DNA from: an uncultured Gammaproteobacteria bacterium
GTDB taxonomy: Bacteria; Patescibacteriota; Microgenomatia; Levybacterales; UBA12049
Length of the DNA: 64,000 nucleotides
Assembly: GCA_964521295.1 (NCBI GenBank)
Contig: CAZFRF010000001.1
Coordinates: forward strand, 140,675 to 204,674
Reading direction: 5' to 3'
Part shown: one piece after another, positions 54,085 to 64,000 of the stretch
How positions within the stretch are numbered: the first letter of the stretch is position 1
Layout: the number at the start of each line of letters is the position of its first letter
The notes under the pieces: model-generated
Told to the model about the DNA's origin: nothing
Seen by the model: only the letters and a program-made list of their open reading frames with translations
Database searches by the model: none
Translations under genes and position numbers: made by a program

Positions 54085-55293
54085 TTATTTTTCAAAAAAC
54101 TTTCTGCCTGCTAATTTTTTGGGTAAAAAAGGTAACTTTTCTTTTGGACCAACATATTTCTCTCCCCAGGTATAATTTTTAGCATAGCCAATTGATTTCA
54201 TAAACTTAGTTGGAGCATTTCTTAAATGAAGAGGAACTGGTTCATTGGGAAATTCATAAACTGCTTCTTTAGCCTTACCTAGAGCATTAGTTGTTGCTCT
54301 CGATTTAGGAGCAAGTGCAAGATAGGTTGCAACATAAGCTAAGATTAGCTGAGCTTCTGGCATACCTACTTTATTTACAGCTTCAAAGGCTTCATCGGCT
54401 TGGATTAGTGCGCCTCTATCTGCAAGGCCAATATCTTCAACAGCAAAAATAATCATACGTCTGGCAATAAATTTAGGATCTTCTCCATTTTCAAGCATTC
54501 GAGCTAGGTAATATAAGGAAGCATCGGGATCACTTCCCCGCATCGATTTAATAAATGCAGAAATTATATTGTAGTGTTCTTCTGCCTTCTTATCATAAAG
54601 TCCCGCTGATTTTGTTTGAAATATATCTTGGATAATCTTAGAAGTTATTTTTTTATCTTTATATGAACTAGCTGCGATTTCTAAGGCATTTAACATAATT
54701 CTCGCATCTCCACCTGAGAGTCTAATTAAAAGTTCCTTAGCATTTTTATCAATAGTTTTCTTTAGACTTCCTAAGCCTTTGCTTTTATCTTTAAGCGCTC
54801 GGGTAATAATTAATTCAAGTTCTTCGGGTTCTAGTGCTTTTAATACCAATATTCTACTTCTGGATAAAAGTGCTGAAATAACTTCAAAAGATGGGTTTTC
54901 AGTTGTTGCCCCAATCAAATTAATAGTTCCATTCTCTACGTACGGAAGAAGTGAGTCTTGTTGTGATTTATTCCAGCGGTGTATCTCATCGATAAATAGA
55001 ATTGTCTTAATATTTCGTTTAAGATTTTCTTTGGCAATATCAATTATTTTATGAAGATCTGCTTTACCTGATTCAACAGCAGATAAATGATGAAAATCTG
55101 CATTAATTTCCGATGCAATTATATTTGCCAAAGTTGTTTTTCCACTTCCAGGAGGACCCCAAAAAATTAAAGAAAAAGAAAGATTAGATTTAATTATTTT
55201 TTTAACTAAAGCAGTGTCAGAAGTTAAATGTTTTTGTCCAATAAATTCAGAAAAATTAATTGGTCTTAGGGTAAAGGCTAAATTCACAAACAC
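54085..55293 (-). CDS. rarA: replication-associated recombination protein A (AAA+ ATPase RarA/MgsA)
   Basis: Walker A GPPGSGKTT, Walker B IDEIHR, and the MgsA C-terminal helical domains. Confidence 0.85.
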   Translation of the reverse strand: MFVNLAFTLRPINFSEFIGQKHLTSDTALVKKIIKSNLSFSLIFWGPPGSGKTTLANIIASEINADFHHLSAVESGKADLHKIIDIAKENLKRNIKTILFIDEIHRWNKSQQDSLLPYVENGTINLIGATTENPSFEVISALLSRSRILVLKALEPEELELIITRALKDKSKGLGSLKKTIDKNAKELLIRLSGGDARIMLNALEIAASSYKDKKITSKIIQDIFQTKSAGLYDKKAEEHYNIISAFIKSMRGSDPDASLYYLARMLENGEDPKFIARRMIIFAVEDIGLADRGALIQADEAFEAVNKVGMPEAQLILAYVATYLALAPKSRATTNALGKAKEAVYEFPNEPVPLHLRNAPTKFMKSIGYAKNYTWGEKYVGPKEKLPFLPKKLAGRKFFEK

Positions 55294-55315
55294 ATTTTAA
55301 CACTTTAGATTATTA

Positions 55316-56251
55316 TTGTATAATTCTAGCATGCCAGAAGCAATTGGTGCGCCAAAAAGTTTAGATATAGAACATAAAGGTCCAGATTTAGTCGTTACTT
55401 CTTCAACTTTTTACAGAGATTGGTATCCTGGAGATTTACTTTCTTCAAAGGATGCCGATAAGGTTAGGGGTGATTTAACTTTGAGCACATTGGATCGAGT
55501 AATTCAGCGTGGATTTAAAGTAATAGATATTGATGGAGGTAGTACTCAGGATTTTTTAACTGCATTACAAACTATTGGAGCAACGGTTGTTCCTCAAAAA
55601 GAGTCTGGTATTTCTGCGGGGAAAAGAGAGGCAATTATAGAAGCGATGCGATTTGATCCTAAAGCAATATTTTTAAGTGAACCAGAAAAACCAAGCATTA
55701 TGGCGGCAACAGAAAGTTTACTTAGGCCAATAGCAGAAGAAGGTGCTGATATTGTTTTTGCTAAAAGAGACAAAAGTTCTTTTGATTCTTATCCACCTGT
55801 ACAAGCACATTTTGAGCAAAGATCAAATGATGTTGCAAATGCATTACTAAAGTCTCGCGGTCTATTGCCGAATACTCCAGATGCTGATTTGGATTGGTGG
55901 ATGGGAATGAGAATGATTAAAAATTCACCTGAAGTTACAGAATTATTTCTAACTAAATATGATATTAATCCTTTTGGCACAGGTCTAGATAATGTAATAA
56001 ACTTAGAGGCATGGTCAAATGCTTTGTATTTGCCTGTCGTTAGAGCTCTTTCGCAGGGGTTGCAAGTTGTGAGTGTTCCAGTCCATTATGAACATCCAGA
56101 AGTTATGACTCAGAGTGAAGTTGGAAGTACGCAATTTGATAGAAAAAGAGAACTACAATTTAGAGGAATAATTACCGCAATGATTGAAATGGTAAGAAAA
56201 ATTGAAGAAGAAAAGGGATCATCTAAGGCTTCACGTTTAAGAAAAATCTAA
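55316..56251 (+). CDS. hypothetical protein (311 aa), G+C-rich; possible GT-A-like fold
   Basis: VIDIDGGSTQDF is weakly reminiscent of the GT2 DDGS motif. Very tentative. Confidence 0.3.
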   Translation: MYNSSMPEAIGAPKSLDIEHKGPDLVVTSSTFYRDWYPGDLLSSKDADKVRGDLTLSTLDRVIQRGFKVIDIDGGSTQDFLTALQTIGATVVPQKESGISAGKREAIIEAMRFDPKAIFLSEPEKPSIMAATESLLRPIAEEGADIVFAKRDKSSFDSYPPVQAHFEQRSNDVANALLKSRGLLPNTPDADLDWWMGMRMIKNSPEVTELFLTKYDINPFGTGLDNVINLEAWSNALYLPVVRALSQGLQVVSVPVHYEHPEVMTQSEVGSTQFDRKRELQFRGIITAMIEMVRKIEEEKGSSKASRLRKI

Positions 56252-57066
56252 TTTATCTTACTAAGGTATTCCAATGTTCCTTTGTCATATTTTTGATCAG
56301 TAATGATAATTTCGAATTGGTAGTTATTTATGTCTATTTCCTTTTCTCCTGTAAAAACAAATTTAACTAAATACCCTTCTTTGCTTAAATGTTCTGCCAT
56401 AGCAAGATCTGAAAGACTATCTCCAAATGTAATAAATTTATCTTTGCTATGTCCCTTTGATTTTAGCCAAGCAAGTATTTTAGAGACACCAAAATCTTTG
56501 CCTACAAAATTATTTTCAATGTCAGTATCAATTGTTGTAGGTATGAAATTTATTTTACTTTCTTTATCTAGTTTTTCTAATATTTTTTTAATTTCAATAT
56601 CTAATAATGGATGAATTTCATTAAAATGTTTTAAAGTAATTTCTTCTTTCTTTTCTACGGTGACCATGGTTTGTTTTTCCTCGTCATAAAAAACATCGTT
56701 AGGAAACTTAGTAGCAATCATTTGCCTGACTGCATTTTTAATGTCATCGTTAATATTAATAGACTTGTCGATAAATATTTTTTCTACTCCATTAGTATCA
56801 AAAGTTAATACTACCCCACCTTTTTCGCAGACTGCAATTAAATTCTTTAAAAGACTTTTATCTTTTATTTCTTTTTCAATATTGTTAATAATTGCGTTTT
56901 TTACCCAAGATAATGGACGACCTGTGTTAAGTGCAACGGGTTCATTTTTCAAAAGTAATTGAATCAAAAACTGAAGTATTTGAGGATTTTCAATCCTATG
57001 AGTATCGATTGAAACCAGCACTCCATCTATGTCGAAAATAAAAGCTTCGTTTCCAGAAATATTCAT
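56248..57066 (-). CDS. HAD-superfamily hydrolase
   Basis: Motif I FIFDIDGVLV at the N-terminus and a C-terminal GDSLSD. Confidence 0.5.
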   Translation of the reverse strand: MNISGNEAFIFDIDGVLVSIDTHRIENPQILQFLIQLLLKNEPVALNTGRPLSWVKNAIINNIEKEIKDKSLLKNLIAVCEKGGVVLTFDTNGVEKIFIDKSININDDIKNAVRQMIATKFPNDVFYDEEKQTMVTVEKKEEITLKHFNEIHPLLDIEIKKILEKLDKESKINFIPTTIDTDIENNFVGKDFGVSKILAWLKSKGHSKDKFITFGDSLSDLAMAEHLSKEGYLVKFVFTGEKEIDINNYQFEIIITDQKYDKGTLEYLSKIN

Positions 57067-57074
57067 AGGATACG

Positions 57075-58898
57075 TTATCTTGAATTTCTTACTCTTTCAA
57101 GTTTTGTAAGATATTTTTTTCTAAGTCTTAAATTTTGGGGAGTTACTTCCAAAAGTTCATCATCTTCCAAAAAGTCTAAACATTGCTCAAGACTCATGAT
57201 AGTTGCTGGAGTTAAAGCGCCTAAGTTAACATCAGAGGTTGAGGCTCTCATATTAGTTTGTTTTTTCTCTTTGGTAACATTTATTTCAATATCGTCAAAT
57301 CTCGTATTTTCCCCTACAATCATTCCCTCATAAACCTTAGTTCCTGGTTCAATAAAAGTAATACCTCTTTCTTGAGCGTTGTTTAATCCGTAGTGAAGTG
57401 CATTTCCTGCCTCTGAAGCAATTAATACTCCATTTCTAAGTTTAGCAATAGGTGGAGTTAATGGTTCAAAATCTGCAAATTGAGAATTAATAACAGCAGT
57501 GCCTTTGGTTGAAGTAAGTAAAGTGCTTCTAATACCGAGTAAGTTTTTAGATGGTATTTTATACTCAAGTCTTGTATTGCCCTTACCGTCTGCCTGTAAG
57601 TTAGTCATTTGACCTTTTCTTGCTCCCATTTCGGAAGTAATTGCACCAACAAATTCATCAGTTACATCAATCGTTACATCTTCAAATGGTTCATAAACTT
57701 GTCCATCTACATTTTTAGTGATAACTTCGGGCTTACCAACTTGGAATTCGTAGCCCTCTCGTCTTAAGGTTTCAATTAAGATGGATAAATGTAGTTCTCC
57801 TCTACCTGAAAGAATGAATTTTTCACCAACTTGTTCCATTCTCAAGCTAATATTGGTTTCTAATTCTTTAACTAGTCTTTCATGAAGTTGTCTTGAGTTG
57901 GTAAATTTACCTTCTTTACCTGCAAACGGTGAGGTATTAGCAGAAAGCGTTATTTTAATAGTTGGCTCTTCAACTGTAATTCTTGGTAATGCTTCAGGGT
58001 TTTTGGCATCGCAAACTGTATCACCAATGTTGGCATTAGCAATTCCGGTTATGTCTACAACGTCTCCAGCAACTGCCTTTTCAACTTCAATCTTTTTTAG
58101 TCCATGAGAAACTCTAATGCTGTCTGCCTTACCAGTAGTTTTTGTATCATTTTCACCAAGTAGGATTAAAGGTTGGTTTTTAATTAAAGATCCTCTTCTA
58201 ATTCTGCCAATAATATGTTTGCCTTTGTGGGTATCAAAATCTAGGCTAGTTACAACCATTTGGAAATCTCCTTCTTCAACTTTTGGAGCTGGGACGAAGC
58301 TAATAATTTCATCTAAGATTGGTTCTAGAGTTTGAGCACTTATTACTTCATCAAGAATTTTAGATGCTTTTCCTTCTCTACCAATTGCATAAATAGTTGG
58401 AAAATCTAATTGATCAGTATGAGTTGCAAGCTCTAAGAAGAGATCATGAGTTTTATCAATTGTTTTACTTATGTCAGCAAGTGGTTTATCAATTTTATTA
58501 ATAACGACAATAATTTTAAGTCCAAGCTCTAAAGCTTTTTTAAGTACGAATTTAGTTTGTGGCATAGGGCCTTCTTGGGCATCAATAATCAGGAGAGCTC
58601 CATCTGCCATGTTAAGAGTTCTTTCGACTTCTCCAGAGAAATCAGCATGTCCTGGAGTATCGATAATATTGATCTTGTAAGATTTGTAATAAATAGCGGT
58701 ATTTTTGGCTAAAATAGTAATTCCTCTTTCTCTTTCTAAAGGATTACTATCTAATATAGTAGTTTGATTCATTTCAGCTTCGTTATCTCTAAAGGTATGA
58801 GATTGTTTAAGCATGAAATCAACTAGTGTAGTTTTGCCATGATCAACGTGAGCAATGACTGCAACATTTCTTATATTTTCTGATGTAAAGTTATCCAT
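57075..58898 (-). CDS. typA: translational GTPase TypA/BipA
   Basis: G1 AHVDHGKTT, DTPGHADF, NKIDK; EF-G-like domain organisation. The start is taken at MDNFTSE. Confidence 0.85.
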   Translation of the reverse strand: MDNFTSENIRNVAVIAHVDHGKTTLVDFMLKQSHTFRDNEAEMNQTTILDSNPLERERGITILAKNTAIYYKSYKINIIDTPGHADFSGEVERTLNMADGALLIIDAQEGPMPQTKFVLKKALELGLKIIVVINKIDKPLADISKTIDKTHDLFLELATHTDQLDFPTIYAIGREGKASKILDEVISAQTLEPILDEIISFVPAPKVEEGDFQMVVTSLDFDTHKGKHIIGRIRRGSLIKNQPLILLGENDTKTTGKADSIRVSHGLKKIEVEKAVAGDVVDITGIANANIGDTVCDAKNPEALPRITVEEPTIKITLSANTSPFAGKEGKFTNSRQLHERLVKELETNISLRMEQVGEKFILSGRGELHLSILIETLRREGYEFQVGKPEVITKNVDGQVYEPFEDVTIDVTDEFVGAITSEMGARKGQMTNLQADGKGNTRLEYKIPSKNLLGIRSTLLTSTKGTAVINSQFADFEPLTPPIAKLRNGVLIASEAGNALHYGLNNAQERGITFIEPGTKVYEGMIVGENTRFDDIEINVTKEKKQTNMRASTSDVNLGALTPATIMSLEQCLDFLEDDELLEVTPQNLRLRKKYLTKLERVRNSR

Positions 58899-58989
58899 AA
58901 TAAAAGCAGCTTTCGCTGCCCACTCATTATACCACACTTTAGGCCTGTATATAGAAAATGAAAGGTTGAGGTGATATACTTACAAACTG

Positions 58990-59916
58990 ATGGCACGCAA
59001 AAAACAAACTAAGAAAAAATCAAAAGTATTTATTTCAACTAAAACAACGTTGTTTATACTCATTGCTGTAGCGTTTGGTATTTACTATTTTTATTCTGCA
59101 CTTAATCTAAATTCAATTAATCATTTTAAACCAGCTAAATATTCCCCTGAATTTATTGCTAAAAAAGATGTTAAAGCTGCTGATAAAATCTATAATGTGT
59201 CTCCTACACCAACACCAAAAGAAACACCTACAAGTGTTCCCTTGGCTGGATTTTGTTTGCACGTTCCGGTTTTAATGTATCATCATATTCAGCCTTATGA
59301 AGTAGCCAAAACCTTAGGTCAAACTGCTTTAACAGTTGATAGTGCAATTTTTGATACTCAAATGCAGTATTTAGCGCAAAATGGCTACACCACTCTTTTT
59401 GCTAATGAATTTGCCAATGCATTAATAAATAAACAACAATTACCTGCAAAATCAGTAGTCATTACTATTGACGATGGCTATGAAGATAATTTTATTTATG
59501 CCTTACCTGTATTAAGAAAATATGGAATTAAAGCAAATATAATGCTTGCAAGTGGACTGATGGGAAATTCAAATATGCTTTCCTGGAATCAGGTTAGAGA
59601 CTTAAGAGCTAGTGGTTTAATACATTTCTCAAATCATACCTGGTCGCATCATCCCATGAACCAAGGAAGCAATGAGAAGTTGGAGTATGAAATAGTTACA
59701 GCTCAAAAAGAAATCGAAGAAAATACGGGTCAAAAAGTAGATACTTTTACTTATCCTTATGGAGCCTTAAGCGATAGGGCTTCAGCAATTTTGCAAAAAT
59801 TAGGTTATACAGTTGGTTTTTCAGAAATTCCTGGACAAGATCAGTGTGATAGTTTTATGATGACTATTCACAGAACTAGGGTTGGGAATTCCACCTTGGC
59901 AGCCTACGGCCTGTAG
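58990..59916 (+). CDS. polysaccharide deacetylase (NodB-homology/CE4) with N-terminal TM anchor
   Basis: TIDDGYEDN (motif 1) and HTWSHH (His motif). Confidence 0.65.
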   Translation: MARKKQTKKKSKVFISTKTTLFILIAVAFGIYYFYSALNLNSINHFKPAKYSPEFIAKKDVKAADKIYNVSPTPTPKETPTSVPLAGFCLHVPVLMYHHIQPYEVAKTLGQTALTVDSAIFDTQMQYLAQNGYTTLFANEFANALINKQQLPAKSVVITIDDGYEDNFIYALPVLRKYGIKANIMLASGLMGNSNMLSWNQVRDLRASGLIHFSNHTWSHHPMNQGSNEKLEYEIVTAQKEIEENTGQKVDTFTYPYGALSDRASAILQKLGYTVGFSEIPGQDQCDSFMMTIHRTRVGNSTLAAYGL

Positions 59917-60718
59917 CTGATTTTTTACCTAAGTGTTTTATCTCTCTATTTGCTAGATCTAAATATCTAGGAAAAGATTTTGCAATTTTTGCTTCTAAGT
60001 TAAAGCATGCTCCATTTTCTTCTGGGTGAACTGAATATTGAATTGTTGTATCTGGGCCAATCTCTGGCGCCAATCCTAATAATGATTTGGTTGATGCTAG
60101 CCAATGATGTACGTTTGAAAAGTTAACATAAGTTAGGCCTTGTTCTGTTTGTCTTAATACTCTTGCTAGCTCAAGATGAAAAGAACCAGATGTAATACTC
60201 CGGTTAGCATAAGCAATTGTTGTATCAGTTAGGGCGTCTTGAACTCTAGGAAAAACTTCTGAATTTGACCAGTGAGTATCTCCAAAATAACGTTTTTCTG
60301 CATCTAACTTATTTGCAACAACGGTATGTAGTGTCGGGACCTTTTCTTTATCGCTATCTTCTTCAACTTCATGTAGGCCTTGAGGTAAGTCATGAATTAT
60401 CATTTCTCTGGCGTGCTCAGGAGTTTGGGCTGTTGCAATACAATCAATAACAAATTGACTAAATCCTAGTACTGCCGGATTTATATCGACAAAAATAAGA
60501 CCATCTAAATTTAATTTAGGCAGTAAAGAGATAGCTCCTCCTGAACCGACTGTTAGACCGACTCCACCTAGTCTTTTTTCTCTTCGTTTTTCTAGTTTAC
60601 TTAGAAACTTAGGCGTAATTACATCGTTACAGGTTATGTGTCTTAATAAATCGCCTTTTGCAGTTGGGACATCGTTGTCAAATTTAAAATATGGTCGTAA
60701 TTCTGATTTTATTGGCAT
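59876..60718 (-). CDS. hypothetical protein, possibly Rossmann-fold SAM-methyltransferase-like (280 aa), G+C-rich
   Basis: GLTVGSGGA (GxGxG-like) followed by LIFVDINP (acidic beta2 end). It overlaps the deacetylase 3' end convergently by 41 nt. Confidence 0.3.
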   Translation of the reverse strand: MPIKSELRPYFKFDNDVPTAKGDLLRHITCNDVITPKFLSKLEKRREKRLGGVGLTVGSGGAISLLPKLNLDGLIFVDINPAVLGFSQFVIDCIATAQTPEHAREMIIHDLPQGLHEVEEDSDKEKVPTLHTVVANKLDAEKRYFGDTHWSNSEVFPRVQDALTDTTIAYANRSITSGSFHLELARVLRQTEQGLTYVNFSNVHHWLASTKSLLGLAPEIGPDTTIQYSVHPEENGACFNLEAKIAKSFPRYLDLANREIKHLGKKSATGRRLPRWNSQP

Positions 60719-60763
60719 AATCGTCCATTCTACTACAGCTACAAATATAAAGCAACTATAGGG

Positions 60764-61366
60764 TTACTCTATGGTTCTAGTAAATGTTGCATCTATAAAA
60801 GGTTCGGTAGTAGGATCCATGTCAATTCTTACATCGTTTACATTACTAAACCCATGTCGTGAGAAGGTACGCCAAGACCAAGTTGCTTGAGCTGCTTGTA
60901 TCTTATCTCCAGTTTCTTCAAAAGAGCTCATAAAAGCTTGATATCCAATACTTCTTTTTCCCCATTCGCTAACAATAGCATCAATATCTCTAAATCTAGT
61001 TAAATGAGCTAACGCTACTCCAACAAATTTTCCTGCAAAAAAATCAGGATGAACTGGGGCTTGAATACCACAAGGTTTAGGTTTTATGCGAGTAAATAAG
61101 GAAAATCGTAGTTTACCATGTCTATCAACAAACGCTTCTAAAGCGTATCTATCATTAGCCTTATCTGCATCTCTTACGTTTAAGTAATTTTGACCAATTC
61201 TTATATCTAGTGGTCTTCCAGACGCACTGAGTATTCGTCTGGTATCTATAAGTGGACTATTGGGAACACTGGTTAAGATTGGAGCAAAATCAATTCCTGC
61301 TCCAACTTTAGGATAGTCTATTTCTAAGGTTTTCATTAGTAAAACATTATAGCTAAGTAGCCTCAA
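60764..61366 (-). CDS. hypothetical protein (200 aa), G+C-rich
   Basis: No motif recognised. Confidence 0.3.
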   Translation of the reverse strand: MRLLSYNVLLMKTLEIDYPKVGAGIDFAPILTSVPNSPLIDTRRILSASGRPLDIRIGQNYLNVRDADKANDRYALEAFVDRHGKLRFSLFTRIKPKPCGIQAPVHPDFFAGKFVGVALAHLTRFRDIDAIVSEWGKRSIGYQAFMSSFEETGDKIQAAQATWSWRTFSRHGFSNVNDVRIDMDPTTEPFIDATFTRTIE

Positions 61367-61517
61367 TTTGTCAACTATAGGATATAAATATTGACCTAGT
61401 CTGTTGTATTTTGTTCTATTGATTTTCGTATAAAATTCGATTAAATTAATATCATATGCTGCCCTTTCGATTAATTATTAAAATCTTTAAAATGTATGCT
61501 TTCTGGTTTTTACTCTA

Positions 61518-62768
61518 ATGCCTAAAACCATCCTACATATTGATTTCGATTCATATTTCGCCTCTTGCGAGCAACAATTTAATCCTAGCCTACGCGGTAA
61601 GCCAATTGGAGTTACTGCAACTAATGGTAGACATTGTATTATTGCAGCTAGCCGTGAGGCTAAAAAACTAGGTATTAAATCCCCTTCTGCTACTTGGGAA
61701 GCTACAAATATTGTTCCTAGTATAATTTTTGTTCCGGGTCAATTCAAAAAGTATTGGGAGATAACTCAGAAATTTATTAATATTTGTAAGGATTATTCTC
61801 CATATGTAGAAATATTTTCACTCGATGAAGTATTTATGGATATTAGCAGTACGCAGTATTTATATAAAGATAAATATGAAATTATAAAAATCATTAAAGA
61901 GAGAATTAAAAATGAAATCGGAGAATACATAACTGTATCAGTTGGTATGTCATCGAATAAGCTACTCGCCAAACTTGGCTCAGGTTTGAATAAGCCTAAC
62001 GGATTTTGCGAGATAACGAAAGAAAACCTAGATGAAATATATAAAAAATGTAAATTAACTGATATTTGTGGAATTGGTGAACGAATTGCCCTAAGACTTA
62101 ACAAGTTGGGAGTTTATAGTCTTTTAGACTTGAGGCAAATTCCTTTTTATAGATTAAAATTAGAATTTGGGAGCGTGGAAGCAAGATTTTTGCAAAATGT
62201 TGGTTTTGGAGTCGATGATTCTTTGGTCATCCCCTACTATCTTGCACCAGAAACAAAATCTGTTGGGCGTAATTATTGCCTTCCTCATAATGAATATGAT
62301 TTTAGGATAGTTTTGCAAAATGTGTATGAATTATCAGAAGAAATAGCTTTAAAACTAAGGCGATTGAGAAAATTAGGTAAAACTGTTTTTTTCTATTTAG
62401 GTGGTAGTAAGTCTGTTCATGGCAGTAAAACCGTAAATGAATTTGAAAGCGGAAAAGATATTTTTACAGCCTGTTTAGCAATATTAGAAGATAATGGATT
62501 TGAATTTATGCAAAACGATTACATTAGAAGAATTAGTATTGGAGCATCTAATTTATCTGATGGACATTTTTTAAATCTAAATTTATTTGAAAATTTGGAC
62601 AAGAAGCATCAGGTATTACAAATAGTTGATAAAATAAATGCTAAATTTGGAGACTATACAATTAGAAATGGTTTCTTGTTGTATGCTGATAAATTAAAAA
62701 CTGTTCCGAATGGGTTTATGGCAGATAGATTTGAAAGAGTTAAGTTAGCTCAAGATACTACATTTTAA
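61518..62768 (+). CDS. dinB: DNA polymerase IV (Y-family, DinB)
   Basis: LHIDFDSYFASCE N-terminus (catalytic DxD...), SLDEVFMD, and little-finger region. Confidence 0.8.
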   Translation: MPKTILHIDFDSYFASCEQQFNPSLRGKPIGVTATNGRHCIIAASREAKKLGIKSPSATWEATNIVPSIIFVPGQFKKYWEITQKFINICKDYSPYVEIFSLDEVFMDISSTQYLYKDKYEIIKIIKERIKNEIGEYITVSVGMSSNKLLAKLGSGLNKPNGFCEITKENLDEIYKKCKLTDICGIGERIALRLNKLGVYSLLDLRQIPFYRLKLEFGSVEARFLQNVGFGVDDSLVIPYYLAPETKSVGRNYCLPHNEYDFRIVLQNVYELSEEIALKLRRLRKLGKTVFFYLGGSKSVHGSKTVNEFESGKDIFTACLAILEDNGFEFMQNDYIRRISIGASNLSDGHFLNLNLFENLDKKHQVLQIVDKINAKFGDYTIRNGFLLYADKLKTVPNGFMADRFERVKLAQDTTF

Positions 62769-63948
62769 TGTTTAATACCACGTGGGGTTTTTTAAAGGCT
62801 GCAAAGTCTTTAGTTTCATAAATTAACTCATAATTTTTATCTAATTTATATTTCTCAACCATATCTTTTTGCTCTTGAATACTTTGTTGTGAGAATCCAT
62901 GATCTATTAAGAAAACAACAACATCCGCACGGTCTAGGCCTAAAGGAATGTTATAAATATTTTGTCTTCTGGATAAGTGTGAGCCTAAATTGTTCGTTGC
63001 AGCGATGCTGTATTTTTTAGGAATACTCGTTAAGAATCTAGATATTTCTGAAGCATTGCTCATTTGCTTGGCGAACATATCAGTATTAGGTTTTTTTGAT
63101 CCTGGTAAAGGTCCAGTGATATATGCTGACCAAAGTGTAGTTATTAATAAATAGAGCATGATATGTTCTAACTTAATAAACTTAAATTTTTGCAAGATCA
63201 GTTTGGCTCCGAAGATAGCAGATACAAAGATAAAAGGAGTAATCGCTGCTGTATATTGATAATAGATTTGATGTAGTTGTGCATTGTTACTAAGTAGGTC
63301 GATCAATAGATCAGGCATAGCAAAAAGTAAAAATACAGGAGCAACAAAACTTAAGTATCCCACTGGCAAGAATATTTGATTTAGAAATATAAGGCGTGAT
63401 TTTTCAAAAATTGTTGAAAAAAGTTTGACTGGATTAAGGAGAATATTTTTTACAATTTCTCCAGTTGAGTTTCCAAAATCTGCATAATAATTAAGAGCAA
63501 AGTGGTCAGACCCTTTAACTGTTGGTATGATTTTAGAGATTAAAAGATAAGTCGTAATTCCACCAATATAAAAAATTATTAAACCTAATGAAAAATCTTT
63601 CCAGATAATTTTACGTTTATTTTCAAAATATGATCTAACAGCGATAAATAGACCAAAAACTCCAATTACTGCCCATAATTCTTCCTTACAAAGTCCAGCT
63701 AGTATTCCGAAGATAATAAATAAATAATATTTCTTTTTTAAGTAATAATAAAAAGTTCCTAATAAAAAAGTTGTTGCTAAAGTTACAGCATGAAAATCAT
63801 ACAGATTAGTGTACTGTATAGCAGGTGTAAGTAAGAAAGAAGATGCGAAAATAAGAGATATATTTTTATGTTTTAATACTTCTTTTGAAATTAAATATAC
63901 AAAAAAAGCACCAAATCCTAAAACAATCGTTTGTAGTAAAAGAAGCAT
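62758..63948 (-). CDS. polytopic membrane protein (396 aa)
   Basis: More than 10 TM helices; overlaps the dinB stop by 11 nt. Family not recognised. Confidence 0.35.
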   Translation of the reverse strand: MLLLLQTIVLGFGAFFVYLISKEVLKHKNISLIFASSFLLTPAIQYTNLYDFHAVTLATTFLLGTFYYYLKKKYYLFIIFGILAGLCKEELWAVIGVFGLFIAVRSYFENKRKIIWKDFSLGLIIFYIGGITTYLLISKIIPTVKGSDHFALNYYADFGNSTGEIVKNILLNPVKLFSTIFEKSRLIFLNQIFLPVGYLSFVAPVFLLFAMPDLLIDLLSNNAQLHQIYYQYTAAITPFIFVSAIFGAKLILQKFKFIKLEHIMLYLLITTLWSAYITGPLPGSKKPNTDMFAKQMSNASEISRFLTSIPKKYSIAATNNLGSHLSRRQNIYNIPLGLDRADVVVFLIDHGFSQQSIQEQKDMVEKYKLDKNYELIYETKDFAAFKKPHVVLNIKM

Positions 63949-64000
63949 TTTAGGAGTTGACCAGATTAAGTAAAGAGGAGAAATTAAAATTAAAATAAAA

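Noticed and set aside
1-64000. CRISPR arrays, IS/transposase genes, rRNA operons, prophage structural genes
   Set aside because: I looked for regularly spaced direct repeats, terminal inverted repeats with transposase-like ORFs, and rRNA-like conserved stretches and found none. Apart from the leader-element family, the repeats seen are single terminators.

Overview
This is an AT-rich bacterial chromosomal segment (roughly 30-35% G+C by eye) with densely packed housekeeping genes. On the minus strand it carries recG (partial), tyrS, pheST, greA, a thrS-infC-rpmI-rplT operon, tig, typA, rarA and a DEAD-box helicase; on the plus strand a class A PBP, dacA-like carboxypeptidase and dinB. Several proteins are strikingly short: ThrRS is 406 aa with no N-terminal editing domain, PheT is 646 aa, trigger factor is about 278 aa with no PPIase domain, and riboflavin kinase is a stand-alone 119 aa. 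This points to a reduced genome, possibly CPR/Patescibacteria-like, though that is an inference. I read twelve canonical tRNA genes directly from cloverleaf structure, plus one tRNA-His-like gene with aberrant D- and T-loops. Visibly G+C-richer ORFs of unknown or nucleotide-related function are interspersed in the AT-rich backbone. They include a YqeK-like HD protein, a HIT protein, two paralogous nucleotidyltransferase-fold proteins, a ParB/Srx-like protein, a DNPH1/Rcl-like protein and an ATP-grasp-like protein. The most notable non-coding signal is a family of at least five homologous leader elements on the minus strand. Each has a small hairpin with a TAAC-type loop, then an AT palindrome, then a GC-rich terminator hairpin whose 3' arm GGGAGG doubles as the Shine-Dalgarno site, and each sits only 7-20 nt before a start codon. 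All five copies precede G+C-rich genes. One copy lies inside a 28-aa leader ORF upstream of an ATP-grasp-like/M20 peptidase pair. I found no CRISPR arrays, IS elements or rRNA genes.
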